DNA of 61,910 bases, counting the filler. It is 5 parts of 5 records of this genome, joined end to end, with 100 filler letters (N's around TTAATTAATTAA, not from the genome) between each part and the next. Parts side by side here need not be neighbours in the genome. Positions count along the whole stretch, not along the records: positions 8,545 to 28,762 come from DRR378314_2359; positions 28,863 to 44,207 come from DRR378314_2360; 3 more parts are not named here. The stretch is one strand, 5' to 3'. Shown one piece after another: positions 28,719 through 41,434 of the stretch. The notes under the pieces are model-generated. The model did not search any database. It had not been told where the DNA came from and saw nothing but the letters and a program-made list of their open reading frames with translations. Both the position numbers and the translations under genes were made by a program. Numbering within the stretch: position 1 is the first letter of the stretch; every line of letters starts with the position of its first letter.

Positions 28719-28762
28719 TCCTCCCCCCGCTTGCGGGGGAGGTGCCCGAAGGGCGGAGGGGG
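28719..28762. repeat. Alphaproteobacterial GC-rich palindromic intergenic repeat, truncated at the contig end
   Basis: CCTCCCCCCGCTTGCGGGGGAGG hairpin followed by TGCCCGAAGGGCGGAGGGGG; only one copy visible here. Confidence 0.6.
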
Positions 28763-28862
28763 NNNNNNNNNNNNNNNNNNNNNNNNNNNNNNNNNNNNNN
28801 NNNNNNTTAATTAATTAANNNNNNNNNNNNNNNNNNNNNNNNNNNNNNNNNNNNNNNNNNNN
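28763..28862. other. Artificial contig linker
   Basis: N44-TTAATTAATTAA-N44. Confidence 0.99.
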
Positions 28863-28940
28863 TTCGTTCGTTCGTTCGTTCGTTCGTTCGTCCGTTCGTC
28901 CGTTCGTCCGTCCGTCCGTCCGTCCGTTCGTTCGTTCGTT
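28863..28940. repeat. Compound tetranucleotide microsatellite (TTCG)n/(TCCG)n
   Basis: Directly visible tandem units at the contig start. Confidence 0.95.
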
Positions 28941-29468
28941 TGGCACCCGAAGGATAGTGATACGCACCTCGTCGGTTGCCCCCAAGCGGCGCGCGCCGTC
29001 CAGAGCAGTCGCTGCAAGCTCTGCTACCGCTTGCATCCGTGATGCAACGTGGCCATTAGGCAAGCTCCTGTGCACACAGACCTCGATGACGACACAATGT
29101 GATACTCTGCGTGTGCAGTAGCTTGTCTGATGAACGGTATTGCGCGCGCTTGCTGCGTGCACAGTGAAGCAATAGCGCTCGCGTATTCCTTCCGTATGTT
29201 ACGGCGCGCTTTGAAAAGGATTCTGCTGCTTCTACTCGGGAGGGAATGGGACACCTTAGTGGTTGCATACCACTAGCAAAGTGCTCGCGCAAAATGAAGT
29301 ACCTGAGATAACGTCGATATACGAATATCAGCTGTATAAATATGAGCAACTGACACTGTGTTTGTTATTATTAATTTTGCTCATCCGCAACTGGTTCTTT
29401 TTGTGACTTTGCTATTTGATCGTATGCGATGCGCATTTCGCCGCACGAGGTGCTCGTAATGCCGCAGT

Positions 29469-30405
29469 CAATGCCGTCACGTTGCTCTGCTCGGTGCTCG
29501 ACTGTTGCTGGCAGAACGCACCATAGCGCTAGTAATGCATTCATTGATCCCAGAGAATAAGATGATATTCGCTGTCATTCGGTATCCCGTGCGCGCTCCC
29601 GCACGCCAGCGGCTCATATATTCGGCCTCCGCGTGTTCTTTCTCGGACATTGCTTTGCTCGATGATTTCCAGCTAACGCTATTCAAGACCAATCCGCAAC
29701 GAGCAGAGGACCCCATCGCCTTCCGGTTCTGGAACACAACTGCCCAGTCTGGGGATGATTGCATGGAGCATTTCATTGCTCCTCGTAAGTATGTGTGCTA
29801 CAAAAGCAAATACTTGAACCTGTTGATCCAAAGTGCGCGAGCATGCAAGGATGCGCATATCCTCGCACAGGTAGCCGTGAAGCTGAGGCGCGAGCGAGAT
29901 CCGTTAATGGCGGCACGTCGAACGGATTGTCTACTAGCGCTCGTCGAGGTACGTTGTGCCTCGCAGTGTGCATTGGCAGGCCCTCGTCGGCGTGAGCCAC
30001 TGCATGTACTCCGTGCGATCGCTCAGGATCTTGAGTGCAGCTGTGTCTGCCTCTCGTGCTTACAACCTGAAAGTATTTGCACTCGGCAGTCAAAAACGAT
30101 CTCACAATGTCGCTGTTCAACCGAGTCCGCGTTTGATGCGAAAACCGAAAAGCAAACAGACAAAAAAAACACAGCTTATACACGTATTGGGGCCCTCACG
30201 CGTGTGGTTACGCAACGCGTTGCCTGCGTTTTTTTTTCTTCCTTTGTTTATATGTTTTTGTTTGGCCGCTTCCAGGTGTTCAGTGTGGAGATTCGAAGCG
30301 ACGTGGTGACGGCTGGTGGTGAAATGTGCAAGACATTGATCACCTTGGGACGGGATGGGGTGCCCCTGCGACACGTAGAAAGCCATGCAGAAGACGTACT
30401 TGCGG
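29469..30405 (+). CDS. Possible spliced eukaryotic gene of unknown product (exon fragments only)
   Basis: Acceptor/donor-bounded open blocks (cctc|gtaagt ~29785; cacag|gtagcc...cgag|gtacgt ~29870-29948; ttccag|gtgttc...gcg|gtacga ~30275-30403); no recognisable motif; boundaries approximate. Confidence 0.3.
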
Positions 30406-31229
30406 TACGAAACAATGTGCGAGCCCATAGTGCGCCTTCCGCGCAGTGTATCTCACTTGAAGCGGCGGGCATAATGCGACGCGTGCATTGTGGTCCTCGC
30501 ACCTCCGCTGCGTGCAAGTCGCAGCCGCTTCCCGAGTGGCGTGCCCTGCAAACACATCACTGTATCACGCGCAATCCCCATCCCCTCGCTTTATCCATGC
30601 GTATCTGTGCTTCACATACCCAGTGTGTACATGCTTATCGCCATCGGTTGCGCTGTCCTGCGGTGCTCGCTGGCCGTGCAGGACATTGCTACGCGCGCGC
30701 CGCGCCTACAAGCGCAGGTAGCCGAAGCGCGGCGAGCACTTGCGGGGCACCTGGCGAACGCCGCTGGGACGCCACGTAGCAGCGCCCAAACACACGCATT
30801 GCCGAGACGCGTGCGGCTTCGCTTGTCTGCATTGACGCCCGAGGGAGAGAATACGCGCCCATGATGTCGCTTTTGCAACGAACCGAATCGGTAGCCACTC
30901 TCCTTCCTTCCGGTAGGGCGCCGTTGTGTCGATAGGCTGCAGCCTGGCCGGCGCTCTGCGTAGCGCGGTGCGCATGTGTCGCACGGCACTCGGCCTGCCT
31001 TGTGCAGATTGATTCCATGGTGCTTTAGTACGGTACGTGTGGTACAGGCAAGATAATAATAAACTATGCTCCCCTAAACCTGCTGAGCAGCGACGAGTGC
31101 CGTGCTCCTCGGTCCGTGCCGCGGCGTCCTGGCCCGAGATTCTGCAGTCATCGCAATGCAGAACACTATTGGTTTCACGCCTGCGCGAGAACCATACATT
31201 GCATATCCTTACGCGATATAAGCGTGGAC

Positions 31230-34200
31230 TTAGTTTGGCCGCGCTTCGAACGCTGCCACCTCCTGCATCGCGTGGCTGCATAGAGCCAGGACGCGGAAAG
31301 ACCGCCCGAGATTGTCAGGCCCATCGCCCGTGAGCCGCTCACACCCCGATCGAATCCGGGCACGCTGCTCCTCGCGGTCCGCCGCGGCAATAAGCGCGTC
31401 CCGTCGAACGTCGATCCCTGTACAGCAAGAAACAATCACGTAACGAAAGGAGAAACATACCAATCTCCGTCAGGCTTGCAGACCATTGGCTTATGCAACG
31501 ACTGTCTTTCGCTTTTCTGATATGTGTGCACGCGGCCAATGCTCGCGAAGCACTACCGGAGCGCTTACGGTACCAAACGTACTGCATTTTCGCGCGATCG
31601 CTTAAAAAAACGTACAACCCTGATACTGAAACCACCCTACGGGACTCTGTGCACACCGATATGCAAATATAAATGCTGCACTGACGTTGCGTGGAGTCGT
31701 TTTACAAAGAAATCGGCGCCTTGTGCGAGCAAATCGAGTCGTTGTCGCGCAATCAAGACATTGCGGTGGAACGGAGGGTCCCAAACGTACCCATGCGCTG
31801 GAGAAACGCTCGCTGGTCAAGAAGCTCCGGTACCCACACCGAATCGCGGACACCAAGCGCAGCACCGCGCAGCGCAGCGAAATCCACATGTGCACTAATA
31901 TCCGACGTCCCCACTTCGCGTAACAGAGGAGCAGGTGCGTGTCGCCGAATCGCCCGGACGGAGTCTTCGGCAGGTCCGTCTGCGACCACGACAGCGCCCC
32001 CCCCCCCCCAAAAAAAAAAAGAATTTAAATAAACAAAACGCGAGACATCAGAAAACACGCCAAACCGTGGCACCGTTCGCCATACTCTTTGTAAACATGC
32101 AACCGGGCAAACCGTCGCGATGCTATGGCATTTGCTGAAGCGAGGACACTTGACGCAAACGCAGCAAGCGTGTGAGTCGCAAAACAGAAGCGTTCGCATA
32201 CGAGGACACTCCCCGACAAAAGGACGGAATTCGTATCGCTGCCACCCGACCGTGCGCTACTACAAGACACAGGGCACGGCTCCTTTCTCCGCCCTTCCCT
32301 CCTGCGCACTCTGTTGCAGACACAGGAAGCCACCGCATATTCACCTGATTCGCGATTCAACAAAATTTGACTGGAACAGTAAATACAGCTCAAACAGTCA
32401 TAACAAATCGCTTCCATGGCGCGCTGCTGGCAGCAGCGACAACTTCGGCGTACCTTTGCCGTAGTCAATCACTAGACCGGCGCCGCCATGCTGGCCAACC
32501 CTGCGCGCAATGGTCTCCATCAATCCCCTTGGAGAAGACAGATGGGCCAGAGCAAGCAGTAGGAGCAAACTGAGACAGATAACAAAATCACGGAGTTTCA
32601 AAGCAACACGCGCGACACGCAATAAAGTGCCGCATGCCGTGGCTCAGTGCATAGATAGGAGAAACAGACTCGCGCACGTGCAGGCAGGGCCAGGCACGGA
32701 GCTTATCCGAACGGAATGCGTGAACGACGCACCATGACGACGGTGATATTTCGACCATGGCACCGATTTTCTCCGGAAGTGCTCCGCCAGGATATGCAGA
32801 CAGTAGTGCGCTTGCCGGTGTCGCAGAAGGGGCTCGCACAAACGCAAGCTCGCCGCCTTGCGCAGCAATTAGCGTCTCCTCCCATACTGTGCGCCCACGC
32901 GTGAAATGGTGGACTGGGAGGGCATCAAACAGCTCCTAAAGGTTGCGCAGCAAGGACAAACAGTGCACGTGATATTGCGTCGGCAAGTATAATCGAACAA
33001 ACTCCCACAAAGGGTCAACGCCAACTACTTTCACGGCTATGATGATCAGTGGCAGCGGCAGTACCGTGCACTGGCGCCGAAATAGACGCGCCCGATGCGC
33101 ACAGTGAGAGCACGCGCACACAAGCACATGGGGGAGCCCATTTCCCGTTTTGGTTCGCGCCGCTGATACATGTGTCGTAGCGAAGAAAGCTCCCCATATG
33201 CCCTCACCTGCGCCACAAAAAATGTCGGTGCAGAAGGCACATCGTCAAACCGCTCATGCCATGTAACGGTTGCCTTTCTACCGGATCGTAATACAAGATC
33301 CAATGTTGGCTTGCTGGCCCCTTCTGCGCCTGATCCTGTCGACAGCGTGTCACCGCGACCTGTGGCACGGCTTGCCGCCGGCGTGGCGTGCTGCAACAGT
33401 GTCCTCCGCTGAATCTCGCGCAGTGCAGGGCTCGTTTCCACAAGATCGACACGCAATTCGCTCTCTGCAGTATCAGCAACCTACAGTATACATGGAGTCC
33501 AGGATACGCCCAGTAGATGTCAAGGTAGATTCGCGTGGCGCGCCGGGTGGAAGGCCGCCGGCTCCCAAGTCCTCAAAGCTCCGACGTCTCTTGAAGCGCG
33601 TGAACGCGCCTGCTCGCTGAGCACGATTTCAGGAAAGGTTCATCTGAACAACACACGTACATAAGCGTACACACACTCACTCGAATAACGAAGACGCGTT
33701 CCCAGGAATAGCGATCGCAAGTCACGTGGCCTGCGACGCACCTGGTCCAATACGCGCAGCACATCTGCAATCAGCGTACCGCGCCCAGGCCCGATTTCTA
33801 CAAACCGCGCGTCCCGAGGGGAGTCGATTGAGAGCCACGAATGGGCCAGCCAGACTCCCACCAGCTCACCAAACACCTGCAAAATCAAATCATATACCAA
33901 TGCAAAAAGAAAAAATGCAGGGGTTACCGAGCAGAAAAAAGAGGGGGTGGCAGATGCATCGGCAACGCATACACATCCGGATTCGACGCTATCGGGCACA
34001 CTGCACACACCAAGCGAAACATGAGCGCTACGATATATTCCAACAACACGTACACAGATAGGGGCAACGCACGCGCACTATCACTCAACATTTCAGACCA
34101 AGTGCCGCTGGGGATGTACTCACAAAGCTTTGGAAACTGCAGCATTACTACTACGCATATCGCTGGGTTGTACCTCGTCCTAGCAGAGCAACAGCAGCCC

Positions 34201-35050
34201 GCAAACGCCTCGCTATTGAAGCCAACAAAGCGCACCTGGCTGATCTCCGGCGAAGTTACAAAGTCACCCGCACTTCCTGCGCACAGCGTGCGCAAAGAAA
34301 ACCAACAAAGTGAACACCTGCCCTGCACACAGTGCAAGTAAGCCAAAGTGTACACCATCTGCCCTCCGCGCGCGCTAGGTCGAAAGGCGGGAGCACACGT
34401 CAGGACGCAAACATGCAGAGCAGGTGCGGAAAGCAAGCAAAAGCGCGTAGAGCGCCGCGGCAGCTCCCTTCTTTACGCACCGAACACATCCCGCTGCATG
34501 TAATACCCGTGCTCTGGATGCTGGAGCGCCATATTCATAAATTCTGCCATCGAAAGCGGTCCCCGGAAGTTGGCGCGCTCCACCAAAATCGCGTCCAGCG
34601 GACTCGACGCTTTGTCGACAGACAAAGTGCGCATTATCGAACAGTACCAAGGCAAAAAACATAAGACGACTTTGTGATTCGGAACTCACTCGTGTAGCCT
34701 TGACGCTCTCGTGCAAAAAAAAAACTACTGGTCGGTTAATGGAATCGAAAGTGCGGGAAAACAAAGCGAAACTGCAGCGAAAACGCGCACGCAACGAGAA
34801 CCTGCACCACGCTGCCACTACCAGCGCGCTTGCCGTCTGGCGCGTGCAACACACCTCGGCTCGAGCTGCTGGACGGCTCGCTGTCGCGAGCAAGCTCGGG
34901 CCCACGGCGAAGCCCAGAGCGGTCAACGGACACGATTGTTGACGACCGCCGCGATCGGACAAGCTGACGATAGAGTAGAGGCGAGTTTCGCGAGCTACCG
35001 AGCAGATAGCGGGCGCCCATTCGAAGCGAGTGCGGCCTTCGCGCGAGCAT
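31230..35050 (-). CDS. NDUFAF7: Mitochondrial arginine methyltransferase NDUFAF7/MidA, multi-exon
   Basis: Exons in order: Arg-rich presequence + VSVDRSGL; GPLSMAEFMNMALQHPEHGYY; GDFVTSPEISQ; VFGELVGVW...VEIGPGRGTL; LVETSPALREIQ; ELFDALPVH; LVIDYG; GTSDISAHVDF; GIDVR...LGRSFRVL*; junctions checked are GT-AG. Confidence 0.93.
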
Positions 35051-35809
35051 GACTGCTGCACAGCAAACGCGAGGAACTGCGCTCAGCCGAAACGCGCACG
35101 CATAAGCACCATATCAACACACGATACAATAGAATTCAAGATATACGAACCAACGAACAACAGCAACGAAGATAAATTGCATAACATACGATGGATTCTT
35201 CCCAAACTTACGTTCGAGGCTTCACCGCTTTCGCGAACAGAAACGACCGACGACCCGCGCGCCCAAGACGCAAGCGGCGATAGCAAGGAGGTCAACGCGC
35301 AGCGCGGCAGCATACGAGCACAGCTGAAGAACGCGCTAACGAAAAAAAAGCGACAAGTGGGACCAGTCGCGGTTACAATGGGTAACCGTGCAACATTGTT
35401 AATACGCCCATGAAACACTTGTATCATGTCGCGAGTAAGGCCGCCGGTGTTTCTGGCACACGCAGCAAGAGCGCCGCGCGCGTCGTACCTGACCGCCAAT
35501 CCGATACTGCGCAAGGCTGACGGCACCGAGCACCGTGCACTCCATCACGAAGGCGCCTGGAAGTCGGGTTGGCAGAAAAAGAACCCCGAAACGCTAGCAA
35601 CATTCTTTCCTCACCCCCAGAATCCCAACCGAGGATGTTGACCTACCGCAGCGTTGCCCGCGGCGCGCTGCTCGACACTCTGCCCCCGGACGGAGCGAAT
35701 ATACTCGGCGAGAAGGGAGCGCGCGTGTGCGCGCAAGCAGGCCGGAGACAGTCGGCCCTTGGGCTTGACCGCGCAGGCGCCGGCCCGCCTGCTCCGTGCC
35801 TTTGCCAGC

Positions 35810-37095
35810 ATGTCACACCAGAGCTCGCGCCGTCTTTTGAACGAATTTCGTGAAGCGTCTCGCAGTACGGACGACAACGACATTCGGCTTGCTCCGGATG
35901 GGTGCGTTTTTGGTTATCCCTTCGTGCTGGTGCTCCAAGCTCGCCATGGCGCCCCCTCTGCCGCTTCGGCGCAACCCTGTTGCCCATGCTGACGTGCGCG
36001 CACTCTGTACGTTTGCTCCGGATGACACGCTCGCAACTGCCTGCATGCAGAGATAACTTCTATAGCTGGTCTGCGGAATTGCAAGGTATGTTAACTGCAA
36101 TAGATTTGGGAATATGCTTTCCGCAAGCCAGCAAAGTGCTTGCCGCAACGTGGTGGCGCTCGGCGCTTCTCCACGCCGTGCTTGGCGCTGGCTGTTCACG
36201 CGCTCTTTCGTACCGCACACACACGACAGCGGTGGCCCCCTGGCACGGGCGCGCTGCGCGCCCCGCCGCCCCACCAGCCGTGGACCGGGTGCGCGGCCTA
36301 CGCTATTGACCGGCGATTCTTATGATGATTACCCGAGGCATTTGTCTGCATGGGACCTTCACACCCATCTGCTGATAACAACAGATCTATGGATCTCTGA
36401 GGAATCGCCACTTGCCAGAGCCGCGCACTTTTGTCAGCTCGCGCGAGCGTAACAAAAGCTCCCTCGAGGAGCGTGCGCCAACACGTGCTCGCGCTTACCC
36501 GGAGGCCTTTCGCGACGGTCCCGTTGCTGCTTGCGCTTTCAATCGCGTGTGGCAGGTCCTCCGGACTCTCCATACCAAGGTGGCCAGTTCAGGATCGCAA
36601 TCACAGTTCCACCGGAGTACCCGAACGTTCCTCCCTCTGTGCGCTTCGTCACGAAATGCTTTCACCCGAACATTCATTTCGAGGTACGCCCGAGAGACGC
36701 GCACGCCGCCGTCCGCACGCCGCTTCGCACAGCTTGGCCCCCTTTTGTGTTTGCGCTCTCCCCCGCACCTGCGCAGGCGCCGCACAGGGACTTGCTTGGT
36801 TTCGTCCAGAAGCGTATCGAAAGAAATCGCATGCGATAAAAATCTTTGTGACGCCGCTCCGCGTGCCGATCCGCAGAACGGCGAGGTCTGCCTAGACATT
36901 CTCAAGACAACGTGGACCCCGGCGTGGACTTTAATGAGCGTGTGCCGTGCAGTCATTGCCTTACTGTCCTCGCCAGAGGCCGACTCGCCGCTCAACTGCG
37001 ATGCGGGGAACTTACTTCGCTCGGGCGATGAGCGAGGATTTCGCTCCATGGCCAAAATGTATACTGACTTGCACGCACAGAGCGCGGCTTCCTAG
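35810..37095 (+). CDS. PEX4: Peroxisomal ubiquitin-conjugating enzyme PEX4-like E2, about 4 exons
   Basis: SSRRLLNEF; GPPDSPYQGG...FHPNIHF; GEVCLDILKTTWTPAWTL...PEADSPLNCDAGNLLRSGD..GFRSMA, the C-terminal signature of PEX4/UBC21. Confidence 0.88.
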
Positions 37096-37388
37096 CGAAC
37101 GCGTAGGCTCCGCCTCGGGCGTTTGTACGCTGTGTGGTGTTACACGTGCGGATCGCGCAGAGGTCTCGGGGTAGACTTTGCTCTGCTCTTGTTGTACGCT
37201 TCCGAAGAGGCTGAAGCTGGGAAGCCCCAGTGAAACTCGTGCGGCTGAATTCTTTCGTTTCGCAATTGTACCAATGTATTTCTATATGCACCAATAAAGA
37301 GCACCTGTCCTGCTGCTCGCCCTTTTTTTTTTTTCTCGGCGCGTCACTACTGCCCGAGACGAAACCATGCCTCGCAATCAATATCAAG

Positions 37389-40300
37389 TCAAGCAACGAT
37401 CCAAAAGAGCCGCATCGTGCCGTCTGCAGCTCCAGTAGCAAGTGCGTCAAGTTCGACTGTTGCAGCCATGGCCAGAATGGTTGCCGCGTGTGCGAGCACC
37501 TTGTGCTTCGGCTGGAGCTTCGGCAGCTGCGTCTGTCGCCGTCTGGACCATGCGCAGAGATCGCAGTGGCTCAACGACAGGTGGGCGACTATTGCAACAA
37601 TGCGCGCAATCATTCCAAGCGCTCGCCCCATACGCATGCATTTCCACTACACCGCACGAACATACCGAACCGAATGGTATGGATGCAGGGCGTATACACG
37701 GATGCGACCGTCGAATCCGCCTGCGTGGCAAAGTAATAGGCAGGCAAACACAAGAACCGCCTCAGTCGTGGCCGGAGTCGAACAAGAGCTCGGGGCAGTC
37801 GAAATGCAGTTGCATTACCATCCCAAGAGGTACGTACGCTCACAAAGGTGCACACGACATTATGCACAAGCGAAAAGACGCACTCTCCTTGTCTGTACCC
37901 TATGTATCGCCAACATGAGCCTCACGAAATGTCCATGTAAAGCATTGCCACCTTGGAAAAAGCTTCCGGGTGCGCAGTACAGGCACCCTGCCTGTCCGTC
38001 GAATGGCGTATGACAGACGATGACCACACCGCTTGTCTCGAAATCCTAGTTGGGCAGCAAACATAGGGCATGCCACGCACCAGAAATGCGTTGCTATAGC
38101 AAACGTGTGCCACAAAGTGGGCGAAGTCGTGCGCGTACCAGTGATCAGGGTATCAGCAGCGGGCACCTCGAGCGCGCACTGCGCCATTTCGGATGCCGCT
38201 GCTAAAATCGGCGAAACACGCTGATCGAGGAGCACAGCAGCTCCAAGAGGTCGAAACGCCGCCCGAGCAGTAGCACCGTCAGCTGGGTATGCATCGGCGG
38301 CCGAAACAGTAGTATTACTGTCAGTAGTTTACCCGCACACACAAAAAATGCACCCCAGTCGTGTAGAAACATTGACCATGCCCAAATCTGCTCCCACAAG
38401 GCAAAAGCCCGCCGAAATGCAAAACAGCCACGGTCCTCAAGCAGCACGATGATGTGATCACAGAGCGAGAAATCTTTGCAAAATGAATTTCGACTCGTCA
38501 GGAACGCACTACGGCGCATCGAACGAGAGAGTGGGATGGCTTTGCATGCATTTGTTGGCACCATCTCCACGCAAACGCCTTCCGCATCGGGAAATCGCAT
38601 GTCGCCCCCAGTGTACGCTAACAGATCCACGGCCTTCTATGCCACGGTGGCAGCAACAAAGCTGATGAGCGGCATTGACGATGGGGTGACGCTGACGGCG
38701 GGGCATGCTTCCTTGGCGCTCGGCGATGCCGTTCGCCGTGAAGCAAAGGTGCGTAGGCACGGTACGATAGCAACTACTGAAGAGTCTTCCCTCACACTAT
38801 TTCTGTAATATATCAATACAGGGAGTACGAGAGCATTGGTAAAAGGCACTCGCGAGTTGCTAGATCTTGTATGCGAGAAATGAAAACGTGAAAGAAAAAG
38901 GGAGGTTTCTTAAACAAAAAAAAAAAAAAAAAAAACAACGTGGGCGGTCTTGCACAAACGCGGTTCTCTGGCTCAACGACAAACGCAAGCGCTGAAAGAC
39001 ACGTACGAAGACGCTGCGTATTGGAAGGAGATCCGCAGGGTACATTCCATAGCAGTGCTTTGCTGACTCCCCGCAGTAGTACCGTCGTCCCCAGAGGAAG
39101 CATCTCCAGAATTCCGCCAAGCTGTGCACACTGCAAGACATTCACAGCAGTATACATATGCTGTAGCCGTCCTTCATCAAAGTCTACCGTATACGCAAGC
39201 ACGCAGTCATCCTGAAAAATGAAGTCGGGAAAAGTAAACACGAGTGCATCGCCGATACTGATATCAGTACATGCTAGCTACATGTTATGACTAAACTTTT
39301 CGCGCAACCTTCACGGGAGGCGATTGCGGTATAAAATTCGTGTGCAGGAACAAAACATAGCTGCTCGGCCTTTGACCTTCGCGGCGCAACTCGCTGGGCG
39401 CGCACCGCACAGAGTCAGTAAGCTCTCTGTGAATCGACGGAATATCGGAGAAGGGAACTCGGAACGCACCGAGGTTGTAATAACCAACCATACAGCGCCG
39501 TTGATTCGTAAGAGTGCTAACCGCGTAGCTGTGCGAGCACCAATCGAAACCGTCTTCCACGGCTGCACAGACGCCTGGCGTAGGCACTGCGCGCCACGAA
39601 TTCGCCAGAGCACGACACGCGGCGCCCCGGCAGCGCCTGCAACAAGATATGCATCTTCCCGTATCACCGCGACCGCCTGTGCAGGGCCAGTGAGACCATC
39701 AAGCGAGACTGCGCGCAAAGGACCTGCATTGTGTGCACAGGTTGCAGCGCACGCCGAGAGTATAAGGACGCCCCGGCGCACCGCTTATGGCGTCCAGCAA
39801 AATTTCTCTGTAAGCGACGTGGAGCCTGCCACCTGCGTGGCGCCCGGCGATCCACACCCCACGAGGTTGCACTTCCACGGCATGCAACCATGGGCATACC
39901 GGATCGGAGCTGCGAATATATGGTCTGGCACCCTTCCCAGGCACAGTGCCAGCGACGCAAGCGACCGAGCAAGGCACGGCAGTCCTGCAGCACGCGCAAC
40001 ACCGAGCAGGAGCCGGTAACGCACGTGAACAAGTCAGCCCAACACGCGGCGCGACACGTCAGCTTGCTCACGCGCGACCCGAATTCTCGACAGGTTCATT
40101 CAGCCGCAGATCCGTGGAAATTTGTATTGGGTTTGTGCATTCGTGTTATCCGTACCTCAGTTGGCCGGAGGAGAATCTCGTCAGGCTGCAGGCCGCTGTG
40201 CAGCGTGGCATATGCGAGCGCCAGCGGGCGCCAGTGCCGCGGCTGGCCTGCAAGGCGCCGGAGGCGCCGGCACGCTGTGAATCGCAAAACCGCATACTGG

Positions 40301-40539
40301 TGTTAGATAGATCAACGTTCGTGTACACTTAGCGCAGAAAGTGACGGCCTTGACATATTTCCAGTAGATTGGTGGTACAAGCGGGGACACGCAGCGATTG
40401 CGCGGCCACGGTGGCAGGGACGAAATCGCAGGCACGCAACGCAGCACTTACCTGACGAGCACGCAGCAAGCGCTTCTGCCGAGCACTTCGAGAGGATATC
40501 GTCAAGCACTTCGTCGGGCAAATCAAGGAGCGAAAGCAT
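37389..40539 (-). CDS. F-box protein with divergent WD40-like repeats, multi-exon
   Basis: N-terminal LLDLPDEVLDDILS F-box followed by a GTAAGT donor; internal YLVAGAAGAPRVVLWRI; last exon AHAATILAM...LATGAADGTMRLF; joining these into one gene is inferred. Confidence 0.55.
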
Positions 40540-41434
40540 GCATGCTACACACGAACGCGAGCTTTATCAGAAAGAATCACAGGGTGGCCCTCCGGAGGGC
40601 GGAAAACACGCGGGCGAATGCAGTCTGCGCGGCGCGCAGCGGAAGCGTTCCGGCGGCTCGCCGAAGAGCGCAGCACAGGCCGACCGCGCCCAGGCTTGCG
40701 AGGATGCAGCGAGAGATTCGCGGCGGCTCGAGGATCCCTGCTTCCTTGTTTCGCGCAGCGGCTGCTCGTGGACTCTCTCTGCCAATTGGGCCTCGCCATC
40801 CTTGGCCTGCATCTGAGCACTACCCGCAGAAAGGAGCAGAAGAAACATACGCATCACGCATACAAACTCATCGGACGTCGCGAACAGAGTCGCATGTTTG
40901 CTAAGCAACAGCCCTCGAGGATGAAACGACTATATCACCGCGGTAGCGCTTGGCAAGACCGGGAAGTGGCTGCCGAGAGCGCACGAGCGCGAGCGCTGTG
41001 CCTGCGCACAAAGCACGCAAACGCTCGGCTCTATTGGCGCAGCCCGTACACCTCAAACTCAAGACGAATCCGATATGTGCCAGATTACAGCACTCATGCT
41101 GACAGTCGAATGATGCTGCGGACCGGGGCCGATACGGCCCGGACGACGATGCCGCACAACCAGACGGTGAAGCCGCCAGCAAGCCGCAAAAGACACACCT
41201 ATTGCGCGGAGAGTTGGCACGGGGCCGCCGCTGAGCGATTCGCCGTAGATTGCGCGCGCGAGGCACAAGTCTCCGCGTGCCCTTCACCAATGGAAAAGTA
41301 GAACACCTTTCGGTGTGTATGGTTTTCTTCCCTGCACGCACATCTCCACGCGCGCGTCCGCCTCGTATGAAAGAGTACCAAATTTGACGTGCTTCCTTTC
41401 CCAACGCGGAGCGGGGCCGGGCGCGTAGAAAACA

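Noticed and set aside
28863-28940. CRISPR array or telomeric repeat
   Set aside because: 4-nt units with no spacers and no match to telomere-type motifs; a simple microsatellite
29505-30779. 424-aa ORF as a single-exon gene
   Set aside because: It runs through donor/acceptor-bounded, intron-like T- and A-rich stretches and has no recognisable domain
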